Assembly: GCA_002633005.1 (NCBI GenBank)
Contig: NMRA01000009.1
Location: forward strand, 1,633,858 to 1,697,857
Length of the DNA stretch: 64,000 nucleotides
From: Phoronis australis
Taxonomy: Eukaryota > Animalia > Phoronida
Direction: 5' to 3'
Part shown: positions 51,470 through 64,000 of the stretch, piece after piece
Position numbering within the stretch: the first letter of the stretch is position 1
How the letters are laid out: each line of letters opens with the position of its first letter
Position numbers and translations under genes: made by a program
The notes under the pieces: generated by a model
What the model was told of the DNA's origin: nothing
Database searches by the model: none
Seen by the model: the letters and a program-made list of their open reading frames with translations, nothing else

Positions 51470-52260
51470 TAGAGTATGTGCATTTGAATAGGGAGAGTGG
51501 GGCATCTAATAAAGGTCAACCGGGCATGGACCAAATCTCCACTTGCTACTGCCCCACAGCGTTGTTGCATGTGGAGTGTTGCTGGGCATTATGCAAAGGG
51601 TTTCAAACGGTTACTTGGTGGGTTGATCTACCTCAACTCGGGTATTTGGGCGTGTCTGGCGGGGCTAACCCACCACTAGATTTGTCTGGCAGTGCTTATT
51701 CGTGATACCCGGGGCTACGGTAAATATTTTGCAACTGGTTTCGTGCGGTTACCTCTTGGATTGATCTAGCTCAATTTTAGCCCTTTTTGATAATCGTCTG
51801 GCAAGGGCACCCCACCGCAGAAATTGTCTGGCATCTAACTTTTATGCCATGTTCAGTGATGCTGAACATCGTGCAATTGGTTTCAAGCGGTTACCTGATG
51901 GATTGATCTAGCTCAATTCTGGTATTTGGGCGTGTCTGGCGGGGGTAACCCACCACTAGATTTGTCTGGCAGTGTTCATTCGTGATACCTGGGCTTATGG
52001 TGAAAATTTTGCGACTGGTTTCAAGCGGTTACCTCTTGGATTGATCTAGCTCAATTTTTGTACCCTGTATATGTTCGTCTGGCGGGTAGTCCCCACCACT
52101 GAAATTGTCTGGCAGTGGCCAATTTTGATACAGTGGATTACGTAGTAGGTATCCAAGGCAGTTTGAAGTGGTTACCAGAAAAGTTGATCTAGCTCAATTT
52201 TCGAGTGTCATTCTCTTGGCTCACCTGACCACACCCACCAGAGCGAACCTGCCAGACGGT
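51470..52260 (+). repeat. Left arm: unique terminus plus five tandem units of about 140 bp
   Basis: TTGATCTA(G)CTCAA recurs at about 51623, 51761, 51903, 52041 and 52183. The arm starts TAGAGTATGTGCATTTG. Confidence 0.85.
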
Positions 52261-52349
52261 CATTTCCAAGCATCAGGATACCCATAGAGCACTGTGGCAC
52301 CAAAGAAAATTGGTTACCTTTTCATGCCCAAAAAAGCTCTGGGATCCCG

Positions 52350-55215
52350 GTCGAAGATGCAGCTGAAATTTCAACAATCTCTGACGGAGCACGGTAACAC
52401 TCGCTGCGTTTGACACGGTAAGAAGCATTACGTAACTGATCTCCAAAAATTTCCGAACACTCAACCACACGCCATCGGAAGCAACCACGAGGTATCGTGG
52501 ACGGGCTCTGGTCTTGTCACTATCAGAGTAGAGGTAAACGAGATCGCCATTGGATGCGTCGCATTCTACTGCCTGGTTGGCCAAAGGAGCCTTGGTTCGT
52601 GCACTGTGTCTATGGTTGATGGAGCGTCGTTGTCGTTGAGAAGAGATCAACAAGTTGTCATGAACTGGTATTTTGCAATTGGTGAACTGGTGGCGCTGAA
52701 ACCACATCTCTCTGGCAGACAATCCGGTGGAGCGAAGGCGGCTGTTCAATCGAGCAACAGCAACAGCCAGCTGTGAGGAACTGACATTGCCGGCTCCATG
52801 CTGATCACGCCGTAACTCGTGTGACAACTCCTGTATGGCCTTCTCTGAGACAGGGTTATGGTTGGGATTCTTGATGCGTCCGATCTCAATTGAAATGCGA
52901 TGAAGTTCCAGGCGTTTGTCCGTTTGAAGAGCCTGGAAACCTAAAGCCGGTTCTGTACGGATAACTGCACGAAGGCGGTCTAACGAGAGCAGTTCGAGAC
53001 ACATTTGGAGAAGACCATTTCGAAGATCCTCGTGGCGTTCAGTAGCAATGATACAAGCCGCTGTGTAAGAAGAGCCGCACTCTCGGAGTACCAAAATCAG
53101 CTGTCGCTCGCGCTTCATGACGTCAGCTGCAAACGGCGTCCCAACGGTGGCAGGTGTATCGGAGGTACTCTGCAGGGTCGTGGTTTTGGGGAAAGAGTGC
53201 ATTGAACAACATTGATGGCACATGCGTGTGCAACGATCAACGGCAGACTCTAAATCAAGTGCAAAGAAGTATCGTTGGGTGACAAGTTTCAGTTGATGGG
53301 AGGTGGGGTGATCCAGCCGTAAATGAAGTGCCGTGAGTAAGCCGTCCCAGAAGGGACGTGGAACGATGATGCGTTCTTCACGAGCGACGAGAGGCTTGTC
53401 TCGCCGAGCCACAAGTAAACCATCTGATGCAATAGTGGCGACGTTGAGATAGCGTTTGACATCTCGAGCATTGGTGTCTCTCTTGGAGGGCCGCGTCCCT
53501 TGGTTGAGATGAGAGTTTACTCGCCGTAACTTGGGAGACTCGGACTGAATGGATAACCAAGATGACCTCGTGGTGAACGGAAGTTTGTGTTCTCCATGAA
53601 GGACCTCGGCGGCAGTCGCACGGAGCACCACACAATCTTACAGAGTGTTCACGAAAAGGCACACTTGGCAAGAACCGTCGGTGCACTCTGGGCTGTGGCG
53701 ACTCGCAAAGTCGGAGACGATGTTAGTGGTACCAGATACGTGACGATAGCGGGAAACGGTGGAGAGAAACGTCGACACGCGAGGACTGAGAATTCGTGTC
53801 TGCAGAGTTTCTCGAAAGGTTGTACACAAGGCTTGCTGTCAGTAAGTATGATAGCAGGATGCGCTGACTGAATCAGATAAGGGCTAAAATGTTTCACGGA
53901 AGCAGCAATGGCGAGAGCTTCAATTTCGCATGGGTGCCAAGTAACCTGACGTGATTTCAGTTTCGCACTGAAGAAGCCGCAGACACGTGGCGTGTCCTCA
54001 CGAGAGAGATATAGTGTACCAGCGATGCCCGGGTGTTTGGCGGAGGCATCCGTGACTATCCACAGCTGATCGTCCGGTCTGGGTAAAGTGATAGTTTTAT
54101 GCGTGGACAATGCCTTTTGGGCTGAGGTGAAGGCAACATGTAACTAATCGGTGTGAGCTTGCTTGTAAAGTAACCATCTCCCAAATCCAGCCGAGGACTT
54201 CTGTGCGTCGTGGGGCTATGACTGTCTTTGTAGAATACAGACGGAGATCCGCCGTGGACAATGCATATAGCACCCTTTTCTAGTTGGTAATCAAGTCTGT
54301 GATAGTCTGACCACCACAGTATAGGTCGTCAGCAAGCTTGGTGACGGCTCCTTCTTCCAAAAGCTCTCCCAATACACGACACGTCAACTCTTCCAAAGCG
54401 GTTTCCGAACCGGGCATACCCATGGCGCAACGTGCATAGACACGAATACCTCGGAAAGGTGTGGATACGCCACAATTTTTCACGGACTCTCGTGACGCAG
54501 GAATTTGATAGAAGGCACTCGTAAGATCAGTCTTGATGATGAACTTCCATTGAGCAATCTTCCGAAGCACGGAATCTACGTCAGGCATGAGATATGGTTG
54601 GGGCTTGGCGTACCGCCAACGTCGGAAAATGCTGTAACTAAACGAAAACCGTGGGGCTTCTTGACTAGAAACGAGTGATTAAGATATTCTACTGTAATAC
54701 CAACGTCCTCTGGGCTGGCGAATACTCCCAGGAGCTCCAGATCGTTCAATTTTTGTTGCAACTCCAGGAGCTTGTCCTTGGAGTATTGGGGGAGGCGTCC
54801 TTTCCTCTGTGGAGGTTGCGTAGGACCCAAGTTGACAAAGGCCTCAAACGGGCCTGCGGCGGCGTTGTACCCGGGGTATTGCGGATCAAATACATGAGCA
54901 AATTCGCGATGCAGGGCTTGGGACCTGTCCCGATCTGCAGCGTGCAGAATATTGTCGGGATCAACGACAACAAAGCGATGATGATCCAAGGTAGCTTTGG
55001 GGGACGAGGTACATTGGTTAGCTGTCGGGGATCCAGATGGAACCTCCGAAGGAGTGAACACGGCGTGTACCTGGCCAAACTGCCCATCTCGTCGCAAAAA
55101 TCGTGGTTTATCGGTGTTGTTGAACAGGCGAATCTTGCCATTAGTCGGAACAAGAATGGCGGGTTGTGGCCAAAGCTGGGAAACACCCGTGGAGCGGAGG
55201 CTAATGTTGTCGCAG
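52350..55215 (-). mobile_element. Gypsy/Ty3 LTR retrotransposon pol fragment (RT-RNase H-integrase), frameshifted, no gag or LTR visible
   Basis: RT: [30 protein letters not shown]. RNase H: IVTDAS, CEIEALAI, LTDSKP. Integrase: HLRLDH..C..C, FAADV, SEKAIQEL. The RT-RH-IN order is Gypsy-type. Confidence 0.9.
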
Positions 55216-55216
55216 C

Positions 55217-55684
55217 GAGCTAGATCAACCCTAGAGGTAACCACCTAAAACCAGTTCCAAAATATTCACTGTAAGCCCAGGTATCAAGAATAAACACTGC
55301 CAGACAAATCTAGTGGTGGGTTAGCCCCGCCAGACACGCCCAAATACATGAATTGAGCTAGATCAACCCAAGAAGTAACCACAAAAAACCAGTTGCAAAA
55401 TATTCGCCGTAAGCCCAGGTATTAAGAATAAATACTGCCAGCCAAATCTAGAGGTGGGTTATCCCCGCCAGACACGCCCAAGTAGGCCTACCTGAGTTGA
55501 GCTAGATCAACCCGCCAGGTAACCGCATGAAACCATTTGCACAATGTCAAGCAACATTCTGCATGCAACAAAAAGTACTTTACAGACATTTTTAGCGGTG
55601 GGGCAGTAGCGTGCAGAGGTTTGGTCGATGCAGGGGCGACATTTTTAAACGCCCCTATCTCTCTACTCAAATGCATATATCCTG
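55217..55684 (-). repeat. Right arm: inverted copy of the 51470 arm (terminus plus about three 140-bp units)
   Basis: GAGCTAGATCAA at about 55217, 55355 and 55499. The reverse complement of 55600-55684 aligns with 51470-51560. Confidence 0.85.
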
Positions 55685-55834
55685 GTGGTTCGAATTTCAA
55701 GAACGGTGGATCAAGTTGGTATTTTGCAAACGTCGACACTGTAGAGTTTTCGGCGATGCCGTGCCCAAGATGTTGTCTCTGCTTGAGAATGAGTCGTGAT
55801 CACACAAGCAAAGTAGTGAACTGTCGAAGTTCTG

Positions 55835-56225
55835 GGCCCAGTCTCGAGTCTTTTTACTCGAAATGGAATTCGAAATAATGTTTGGCATTTTTTAATCTAC
55901 TTTTGTGTTCATTACTCGATCAATGCTCGAATACATAATGATTTACGTGGATGATTGGTTAGTCCTAGTTTGCAGTTGACAAATCCAACATTAAAGCTAA
56001 AAGTTTGAGTTTAAACTCAAAATTTCGAGTTTTTACTCGAGTTTTTAGCACGCATATAAGGGTTTTTAAGTGAAACTTGGACTAGAAACTCATATGCATG
56101 AACTATAATTATTCGAGCTCAATCTGATAACCACTTATCTCGACTAAACTTCGCACAAAAGGAGCAGAGAAATTGCCAAAAATAATTTCCAGTTCGTTTC
56201 GAGTACAAAGATTAGAGACCGGGCC
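55835..56225 (-). mobile_element. PIF/Harbinger-like MITE, inverted second copy
   Basis: Reverse-complement homologue of 42825-43225; flanks CTG/CGG. Confidence 0.75.
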
Positions 56226-56914
56226 CGGTTTTGGAATAGTGGAAATTCAAAGTAGTGATCTTTAGAAGATAACGAACCTTCGGAGTAATGGGCATTCTGA
56301 GTAGGCCTACTGGACCTTCGGAGTATTGAACCTTCGTCATAGTGACATGGAACCCTGGAAATCTTTTCCATCTAGTTTGTGCTCGTATGAAGTCTGCAGG
56401 GTTGTGCACCATTGACATTGATTGACTAAAGAAGATTTTCATTGACCAAAGTTCAGGTCTATGCCTACCTTTCCATCATAAAGTGAAAATGATCAACGGT
56501 GTATTCTCAGTGCAAGAAAACACAGTATTTGAATGTCTGGCATTCAGCACGACGCATGACTGCCTATAATGAACTTACTGTCAGCATGTACTGAATTTAA
56601 AAGAACAGAAACGTTCAAACGTGTACACGCATGCCATCACAATCAAAGTGGACGTGGTAGTGAACAACATATTTGCATATCACTTTCAATTCAAAATTTG
56701 AAAATGCCTACACTTCTACCGTACTATGGTTGCAATTAAACCAAAAATAGCAGTATAACAAATCTCAAATTTTCTGCTGTTTTGTTTCTTGGCCGAGTCA
56801 GTTAAAGCATTCACATCGCACTACCTTTTGGGAGCTCTCTCGTTGCTATTTGAACATGAACGGCTTACTTAAGTCTTAGGGCTAGACTTTTATGCTTAGG
56901 TATAGACCTAACTT

Positions 56915-57060
56915 CACTGATGACATGGAGAGGTTAGGGTCTCATGGAGACAGCTAGAAGGTATCGCCCAGCAGGGACAGAACAAAATGGAAATCTCTGA
57001 TTCGTGGCCTATAGGGCCAAAAGTACCCTAGGGGTGACTGATGGGGCATTGATTGATTAA
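56915..57060 (+). mobile_element. RTE-clade LINE 3' end fragment
   Basis: Remnant W...AQ.R.KW..LI.GL-like C-terminus followed by an (ATTG)n tail. Confidence 0.5.
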
Positions 57061-57854
57061 AAAGGTGAAGCATAAACTAGATTCTTTATTTAATTCAACT
57101 GCAATTCAGCCACTATTTCCAAAAATATTATACATAGTGGTTGGATACCCCCTTCCCTCACCTCATGGGATGCCCAGGGCGATAATTCTCCAAAATCCAC
57201 TCCGCCGGGCTATAACCGACGACTTCGCCATGTAATAATCTACATTTATCATTATTTCATTGTTCATTATTTTATTATTTATGCTTTTTAGTCGATGATA
57301 TTAGCCTTCGGCTAGTGTTTGTCTGTTGTGTCAAACTGACTATAGGCCTAAATAAAAAGATTGATTGATTGATTGCCGGATTGGGCCGCCGGTTACGCAC
57401 TCAGTAGGTCATTTAGTTTTCGTCTCCGCCGCTAGTTTTTCAATTTTTCCTGACCTTTCTTGTCTGTTCGTCGCTTCATGCGGGATTGGGATTTCCCCGG
57501 AAATTCCAAATCATTTCCATAATGATATCAGCGTAAACAGTCGAGGAAACTTCACAAGAACAGATAAGAGAATTTGAAAATAACGTGAGTATCAATAGGC
57601 CTCGTAAGGATCCAAATGTTTTGCAAAACGTCTGAACAGAGACCACTGCATTGTCATTTAGGTCTAGGCCTATGGCGCCTGTTCAGTGCTCGCCGCAATC
57701 CTTTAGTTTACGTCGAGTTCAGTTAGTCAGGGCTGGTTAGGCAATTACATCGCCGTGTACGCTACATGGGTGTAGTACACTCCCATAAAAAGTTACTCAA
57801 CTCAAAATATAGTGAATAACATCGAATGAAACATGTATACACATCGAGTTACAA

Positions 57855-58000
57855 TGTTGTAGACGGCAGCTTCCGGTTGATCATGACAGGAGCCTCTGGC
57901 CTGACTCTGTCGCCGTTCAGCTGAATGGTTAGCATGCTTGCCAGTTTAATCGCGGTTGTTGGTTCAATTCTTGAGTCAGGTAATCTTGACAATTGCAACA
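57855..58000 (+). mobile_element. Short LTR-like repeat with tRNA-type A/B boxes, followed by a PBS-like sequence
   Basis: TGTTG...CAACA termini, CAGCTGAATGG and GGTTCAATTC boxes, then GT-TGGTGTCA. Confidence 0.6.
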
Positions 58001-58035
58001 GTTGGTGTCATTGACAAATGGTAGATAACACCGAA

Positions 58036-60223
58036 CAGGGCTCGACGTTATTAAAATCGCCAGGTCGCATTTTGCGACCTAGCCAAAATCCCAGGTCGCA
58101 TTTTCAAAATCCAGCTCGCATTCGTAAATGCCAGGTCGCAAAATTTTCCCGCCATTTTTACGCGCCAAAATAGATTTTTTAGATCATCGAGAAATTGCTC
58201 TTTAAACTTGCAGCGTTAACTCACAAATTTCGGATCTCAAAATTGACTTCATTCATGCAGGTACGGCCTTACTGTTCTTCACGACCGCATTTGAAAGACT
58301 CTAGAGCGCAAGGCAAGTTGCCGACGTGAAAGTTGAATCAGGGCTCTCTAACTGACTTGTGCATTCGAGTAGCTAAACTTGCGATGTGAAAAGGTAGAAA
58401 ATGCCCCTTGAAAAAGTATCCGGGATATTTTTAGATCTGGGCTGCTACTTGTTGTCATCAAAGTCGTTAACGATTCAAACTAACTCGGGTAATGGCGAGT
58501 TTGCTCCGCAATACCTTCCAAGTACGGGAAAAATAGGTCAGTCACAAATTGACACGCATGTCACTAGTGTTAACTTTCTTTCCCAGGTATAAAACAAAGC
58601 CAGGATTTGGTTTTTACATATTGTGAAAAGACGTTTTTGAAAACTGAAGTTGTGTAAAATGAAAGTGACACACCATATAAGCTGCGTGACAATTTTAAAT
58701 CACACGCGGTCGTTTGTAGTGCGCTATGATGGGCGCTAGCTTGAACTGTGGGCGCTTCATTGGAAATTCTCAAAAAATTTAAGGGGGGACTTTTAATAGA
58801 TCAGTGAGCGCTTATTATGAAACACTTTAAAGGTAGGGAGTAAGCTTGTGCGTGACCATAGTCGTTAACCTCAGTGTTTGGGTAATAAGATATTAAAACG
58901 CTGCAATGGTATTAGAAACGTTATAAATAATACGATTTTGCGAGGCAAACTCCATCTCGTAGGGGTGACTTCTGGATATCGTTACCACCTACATTGTACC
59001 CTTTTTAGCCACCCGGAATGATTTTGTTTTTAACTGCCCGCTTCAGCCGGAACAAGGTTGTTTCTATAGGAGTCTGAACATTTTACGGCGACGGTGGTTC
59101 GGGGAGCGAAAAGTTGCCGGAGGGGGGGGGTGTATAAAAAGAAGAATGAAAAGTTCGCTAACTTGAACCACAATTTCGCATCTAGTGCCAGTTTAGTTGC
59201 AATAACTGGCTACGGGCATAGAATACAGGATTTACAGAACATCGACCTCGGGAAACATCGGAGCAGGAAAACGTCAGTTCTCGGGGTTATATCGGTCCCG
59301 GTACATCGGGTCTTTTATAACCGCTGGGAATCTGAGTTTATTTTCAAATAAACCAGAGCCAAGCCGGTATACTCTTCATTTAGGGCAGTCGCTGTTCTTT
59401 GAAGTGGTGCACGCGCGTGAGTTCACGCACTTGAATCGCTGGAGTAGGCCTACTCCTTTACGTTGGCAACGAACGCGTGAAAGACAAATCATATTTCGCG
59501 CACGTAGCCCCAGAAACAAGTAAGGGGTTTGAGAATTTCTTGGCAACTGAAAGTAAAGACGTGACCGTCGTTTGGCGATTAATAAGGTTGTCATTTTCAC
59601 TTTGGCTGTCTTAATACGTTAAAAAGCAGAAGCACATCTCAGTCTAAGTCACGATTGTGTGCCGGGACCGCTTGCGCGCTAGCGGTGCCGCAGTGCGGTA
59701 TCAGGGATATTGTCGTGGATATTTGGTACATGTAATAAGGACATCTTATGTGAAAAATAAACATTTTTGTCCACCACAAAGTTTGGTAAGTTAATCAATT
59801 AAGAATTAGTAGAAACAGCGTTGTTTTGTGAAGTTTTATCACGTGTTAAGCAGTGGCCCGAAACTTTCTTCGGCGAATCCGGGAATTTACAAAAGTGGCC
59901 GAAAGTGTTAGCCAATCATACGCGTCGAATATCGATACTGCACATCCCATGTTCACGCGACTTGCTTACACTAGTCATCGGGAGGGCTGTCCCCGATAGT
60001 GTTGTTTTGAACTTGGATTTGGCAGCGACCAAATAACGGTCGGATTAACAAGAGCTGCTTTGTATTTGCCAGGTATCTGTTGAGAAGTGTAAAAACTCAG
60101 CTCGCATTCGTTGGAAATTCCAGGTCGCATTTTGCGACTTGATACGAGCTGACAAAAATCTCAGCTCGCATTTCCAAATTTCAGGTCGCAAATGCGACCT
60201 GCAGCTCGTTATGTCGAGCCCTG
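58036..60223. mobile_element. Non-autonomous hAT-like element (about 2.2 kb)
   Basis: TIR CAGGGCTCGAC / GTCGAGCCCTG, with many subterminal CAG(G/C)TCGCA motifs at both ends. No coding capacity, and no 8-bp TSD retained. Confidence 0.7.
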
Positions 60224-60959
60224 GTGGTGTACCTTTTGAGTGTATACTGGGGAACCCAATGGTCGTCCGCCTAAGCATAAAACCGACTTGCTGTTGTACT
60301 CACCGAATTATTCCACTTCAAAGTTATGATGTGAATAGTATTCGATTTAACTCTCACAGATATACCGCATTCATCGATTCGGAAGTTTTCTTTAATTTGT
60401 GCCGAGTTATTTCAAATGTGCACTGCCTTCGGCAGCCATTTTATTGTGACACCTAAGTTCGTCATATGCTGCCCCCTTTTGTAAAAACTGAGAAACATGC
60501 AGAAAAAGGCCAACGAAGTAATGAAAATTGCAACAGCCTGTTTTTATTGACATAAACTCGATTTGAAGCTTTGATGTTGAGCTCTGCACTGTGGTTTCCA
60601 ATAAAAGCCAATTGGACAACATTTCAATGCAGTTTAATGGTGAACGTGAGGCAAAAATGTTAAGAACCCAGCGTATCGCATTTGTCTGCGGATTTTTCCT
60701 TTGGCCTTCTAGATCCTACTAGTGCCTGGGACAAACAGATACATTGCATAAACAAACCCTGGATCATGTTTTGTGTCCCGTCGGAAGAAAATTTAAATTC
60801 GAAAACATCTTCTGAAAACGCACAAAAAAGTGTATTAGTAAAATCTACTGATTTTTAAGTGGTTTTAAAAAACAATCGGTAAACTCACCGATTTTTGTCT
60901 CATTACTTTGATACGTGTCTCTTCCGATAAGTTAGTACCTAACGTGCAGACGAGCACTC

Positions 60960-61041
60960 CAAATTGGAACGCTAAGTCCCGCGTGGTTGCGCTGCACGCG
61001 AAACAAGATGGCGGACGACCTTTGGAGCCTGACGACAATAG
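60960..61041 (+). promoter_or_regulatory. Probable ANKRD13 promoter / first exon
   Basis: CpG-rich patch, YY1-like CAAGATGGCGG (61004-61014) and donor AG|GTAACC at 61042. Confidence 0.5.
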
Positions 61042-63062
61042 GTAACCAGACTATACTAGAAGATGAACACCTTTGGAAGCAGTTAGAGTCTTTAAATCCT
61101 TCCAGCTCAAACAAATAGTCTCGTAATCAACATATTTTTTGGAATAGCCCATTCTTTCAGCATAGTTGAAGTCTGAACTCCATTAGTCTCAATGTGCTTG
61201 AGGTCAAACGAAAATGTATAAAAGGTTATGTGCAGGTCACACCGAGAGGCAGCAGCCTAGACAGGGGACCTATCTATCACTGTGTGTGTGCAGTGGCTGT
61301 ATAAAACATCTGCTGTATACAAACAGTGGGTGTAAGAATTTGAAAAGGGAGTCCTTAACCACACTTTCCAAAGAACAATCAATTAGGAACTCTTTGAAAT
61401 GGCACACTGGTGCCATTTTTTTGTTTGGTGGTGTTCACAGGAGGCGAACCCCCTGGACTCTCCTAAATCTGCCTGAGTACTTTGTGTATGCATAGTTGCC
61501 TACATTCAAGAATGGCAAAATAACCAGATTGAAGAAGCGAGAAATCTAGATATAAAGGAGGATATCTTGGCCCAAAATGCAATGGTGAAATGTCGGTTGC
61601 TACAAACGAAAACATTCCAATAACATTTTTTCTTTTTAGATGAACGGGGAAAATAGGGCTATGTTGCCTAGAAAATCGCAATGGTCATATTATGGTGTTA
61701 AATCAATTTCGCCATGTGTCTGATAACGTTTGTGGATGCCGGAGTAGTCTTCCAAAGCCGGACAGTTGATGTCTGTGATAATTTGGCGTATTTTTCATAG
61801 AAAGTTTACTGTCATTATAAACACACTCCAAACAGGTTCCAGATTTTGCTCTCTAGACAGTTTGGTTCCATAACCATTATACACATAATGATCAATGAAA
61901 TATAATTCATTATCAACAGGAGCTGTTGTACTGTAGCATGTATGCAACTCAAATACATATTGTACAATTCCATTAGCCATGTGACTCCCTTTGTTTCTAA
62001 ACTGTAAGTAAAGTGTATTGGTATGCCCAGGAAGCGACACATCAGTGACTATCGATGGGGATAGCGCTTGATATTTGGATGTAGCATGAAGGCACAACTG
62101 ACCTTTTCATTGACCAATACATGTCGTAACACATTATGTTTATGATTATACAGCACTGTTGGAGTAAGTGCGGTCACAGAACTCTAATGATTGATATGAA
62201 TTGGAATTAAAACTGAGAAGTTCTGGCTGCAGATTATCTAGGACCTTATCGGCAAGCCTGTACTTTTAGCCAAATATCTATAAAACTACAGAAATTCGTT
62301 CTTTAAAATTTTATATTTCATTTTGCTGAAAGTAGAAAACCCATAGACTTTGATTTTCAATGTCAGACCAAACTGTAATTAATTGGGTCACATGAGCAGG
62401 TTTTTTTAATGCAATATAACAAGAAAGAACTTGACTTAGTACAGTTTTAGCAAAACAAGAAAATGGCTAAATTTTATTGTGGAGAAAATTGCATAAAGCA
62501 TAGTACATGAAATTTCATATGAATTCGATCAACCATTTTATAGATATGATGTTCCAAAGTTAGCCAATTTAGACATTTTTCTAATGTACTGTCACGCCAT
62601 AATAGCTATTTCAGAAGGTAACAGCACCATCTTAAATTAAATGCAAAAACAAAACTGTTTATTGTATTCTTCTCCATGGCATGTTTTGAAGTTTTATCTT
62701 TTGTACAATTTGCTCTTAATTGGAAGCCTACTACTGTTCACTGTTGTGACCAACTTTAGATTAAAGTACTTTGCAACACTAATTTTGTCCAGCTGAAATC
62801 ATGGACATGAAACTACAATGAATCAAGTTAGCGATGGTGAATTTTCCCCGCTGAACTCCATTCAGTTTTTGCATTTTCCCAATGTAGTTAAGGAGGCTAC
62901 CCCCCCATTAAAATTTCAAAACAAAGGGTTTCACCTTATAACATGACCAGTATTATGGTTTTCAAAGATGGTTCTGCATACTAGTAGGGCTTTAAGAAGT
63001 AAAAATGGATAGACAGAAGAGTTGCTTATAAAAAGATGCATGCGTTTTATGGTGTGTTGCAG

Positions 63063-64000
63063 ACAGCGATTGAAAGCAAAGATCCACGTGGAAGGACATG
63101 CCTGTCTTTGGCTGCCACCTTGGGTCATCTAGAGAGTTGTAGAGTATTACTGAGACATGGGGCATGTGCAAATGCTGAGAAAGACAACTGGACAGGTATG
63201 ATGAAACTACTGAGAAATACAGTCATGGCAGTATTTTAAACTTTCATTTTTATCTTGTAGCTCTTTACTGTGGTACCACAAGTTCTAGGGCTTGGAATTG
63301 CAAAATTAATCCTTCAGTGAAACTCACGAGGAAAACACAAATTAAACGGTCTGAGAGATTTTAGTTGAGTATGGTGAAATCTAATTTATTGGAAGGACAA
63401 GTGTAGACTAATACGTATCCTGCTTGTACAAGTTTTCGTGTAGCTTTATCCCTCTTTGGCACTGAAGACACAGTTGGCTTCTTGCAAGACGATGTACTGT
63501 TTTGTGAAAAAAATGAAAGTAATCACTTCCTTGTTTGAAAACTTTCTGAGTTGACCAGTCTGTTTGCTGACCACTTTCTTATTTTAAAAAAGGCTATAGA
63601 GAAAACAGAAAACAATTTTCATTTGTTTCTTGGCTACAACACCTCCTTGAGGTACCACTGATCTATTAACTCCATTATTATCTATCCCTGTATTTTTATT
63701 TACATACAGTATGGCATTGTTTCAGAATGTCACCTGGTGGTGCTTACAGTGAAATGACTGAGTTGTAGTTATATCGTGTTGTGCTTTAGAAACATGCAGT
63801 TCAAGTCCTGTTTGTACTGGGATAGTAAACGACTGAGAAAAGAAGTGTCACCAAAGGATTTGGGTGGTAATGTTTCGTTATTGTTCTGTACATAGTCAAT
63901 TAATGGGTAACTAACTGACGCCTATAGTTATCTGCTTATTTGTCACTTTCAGTCCTGCAAACTGCCGTTGCCACTGGGGATCCGGAGTTGGTGCAGTTAA
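63063..64000 (+). CDS. ANKRD13: Ankyrin repeat domain-containing protein 13 family, exons 63063-63195 and 63953->64000
   Basis: [36 protein letters not shown]|[16 protein letters not shown] matches the ANKRD13 N-terminal ankyrin repeats (DPRGRT..., W.VLQEAVSTGDPE); phase-1 intron. Confidence 0.88.

Noticed and set aside
51600-52260. CRISPR-like regularly spaced repeats
   Set aside because: Whole 140-bp units are homologous, with no unique spacers, no cas genes and a eukaryotic context.
54675-55248. Plus-strand ORFs of 182 and 83 aa
   Set aside because: Antisense shadows of Gypsy pol.

Overview
AT-rich, intron-rich animal genomic DNA; the repeat content suggests a marine invertebrate (inference). 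It is not prokaryotic, and most ORF-track entries are spurious or are exon fragments. Three spliced host genes were found by hand. (1) The 5' part of a calpain-family protease on the minus strand, with an N-terminal MGCGGS lipidation motif; it runs off the left edge. (2) A complete MDC1 orthologue on the plus strand (15702-41778, 20 coding exons, about 1643 aa) with FHA, SDT/TQx[YF] motifs and tandem BRCT. Its last intron is U12-type, and it may have two alternative terminal exons. (3) The start of an ANKRD13-family gene at the right edge. Between MDC1 and ANKRD13 lies a nested transposon graveyard: a Hero-like non-LTR RT, a decayed intron-containing Academ/XPG-type transposase, an LTR-less Gypsy pol clamped between inverted tandem-repeat arms, and Harbinger-like and hAT-like MITEs. 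Elsewhere are Helentron-type elements with higher-order tandem arrays, a Kolobok-like MITE, an AcademH-like MITE with a 9-bp TSD, and a short LTR-like repeat carrying tRNA-type A/B boxes. All coordinates and family calls were made by eye, without database searches.
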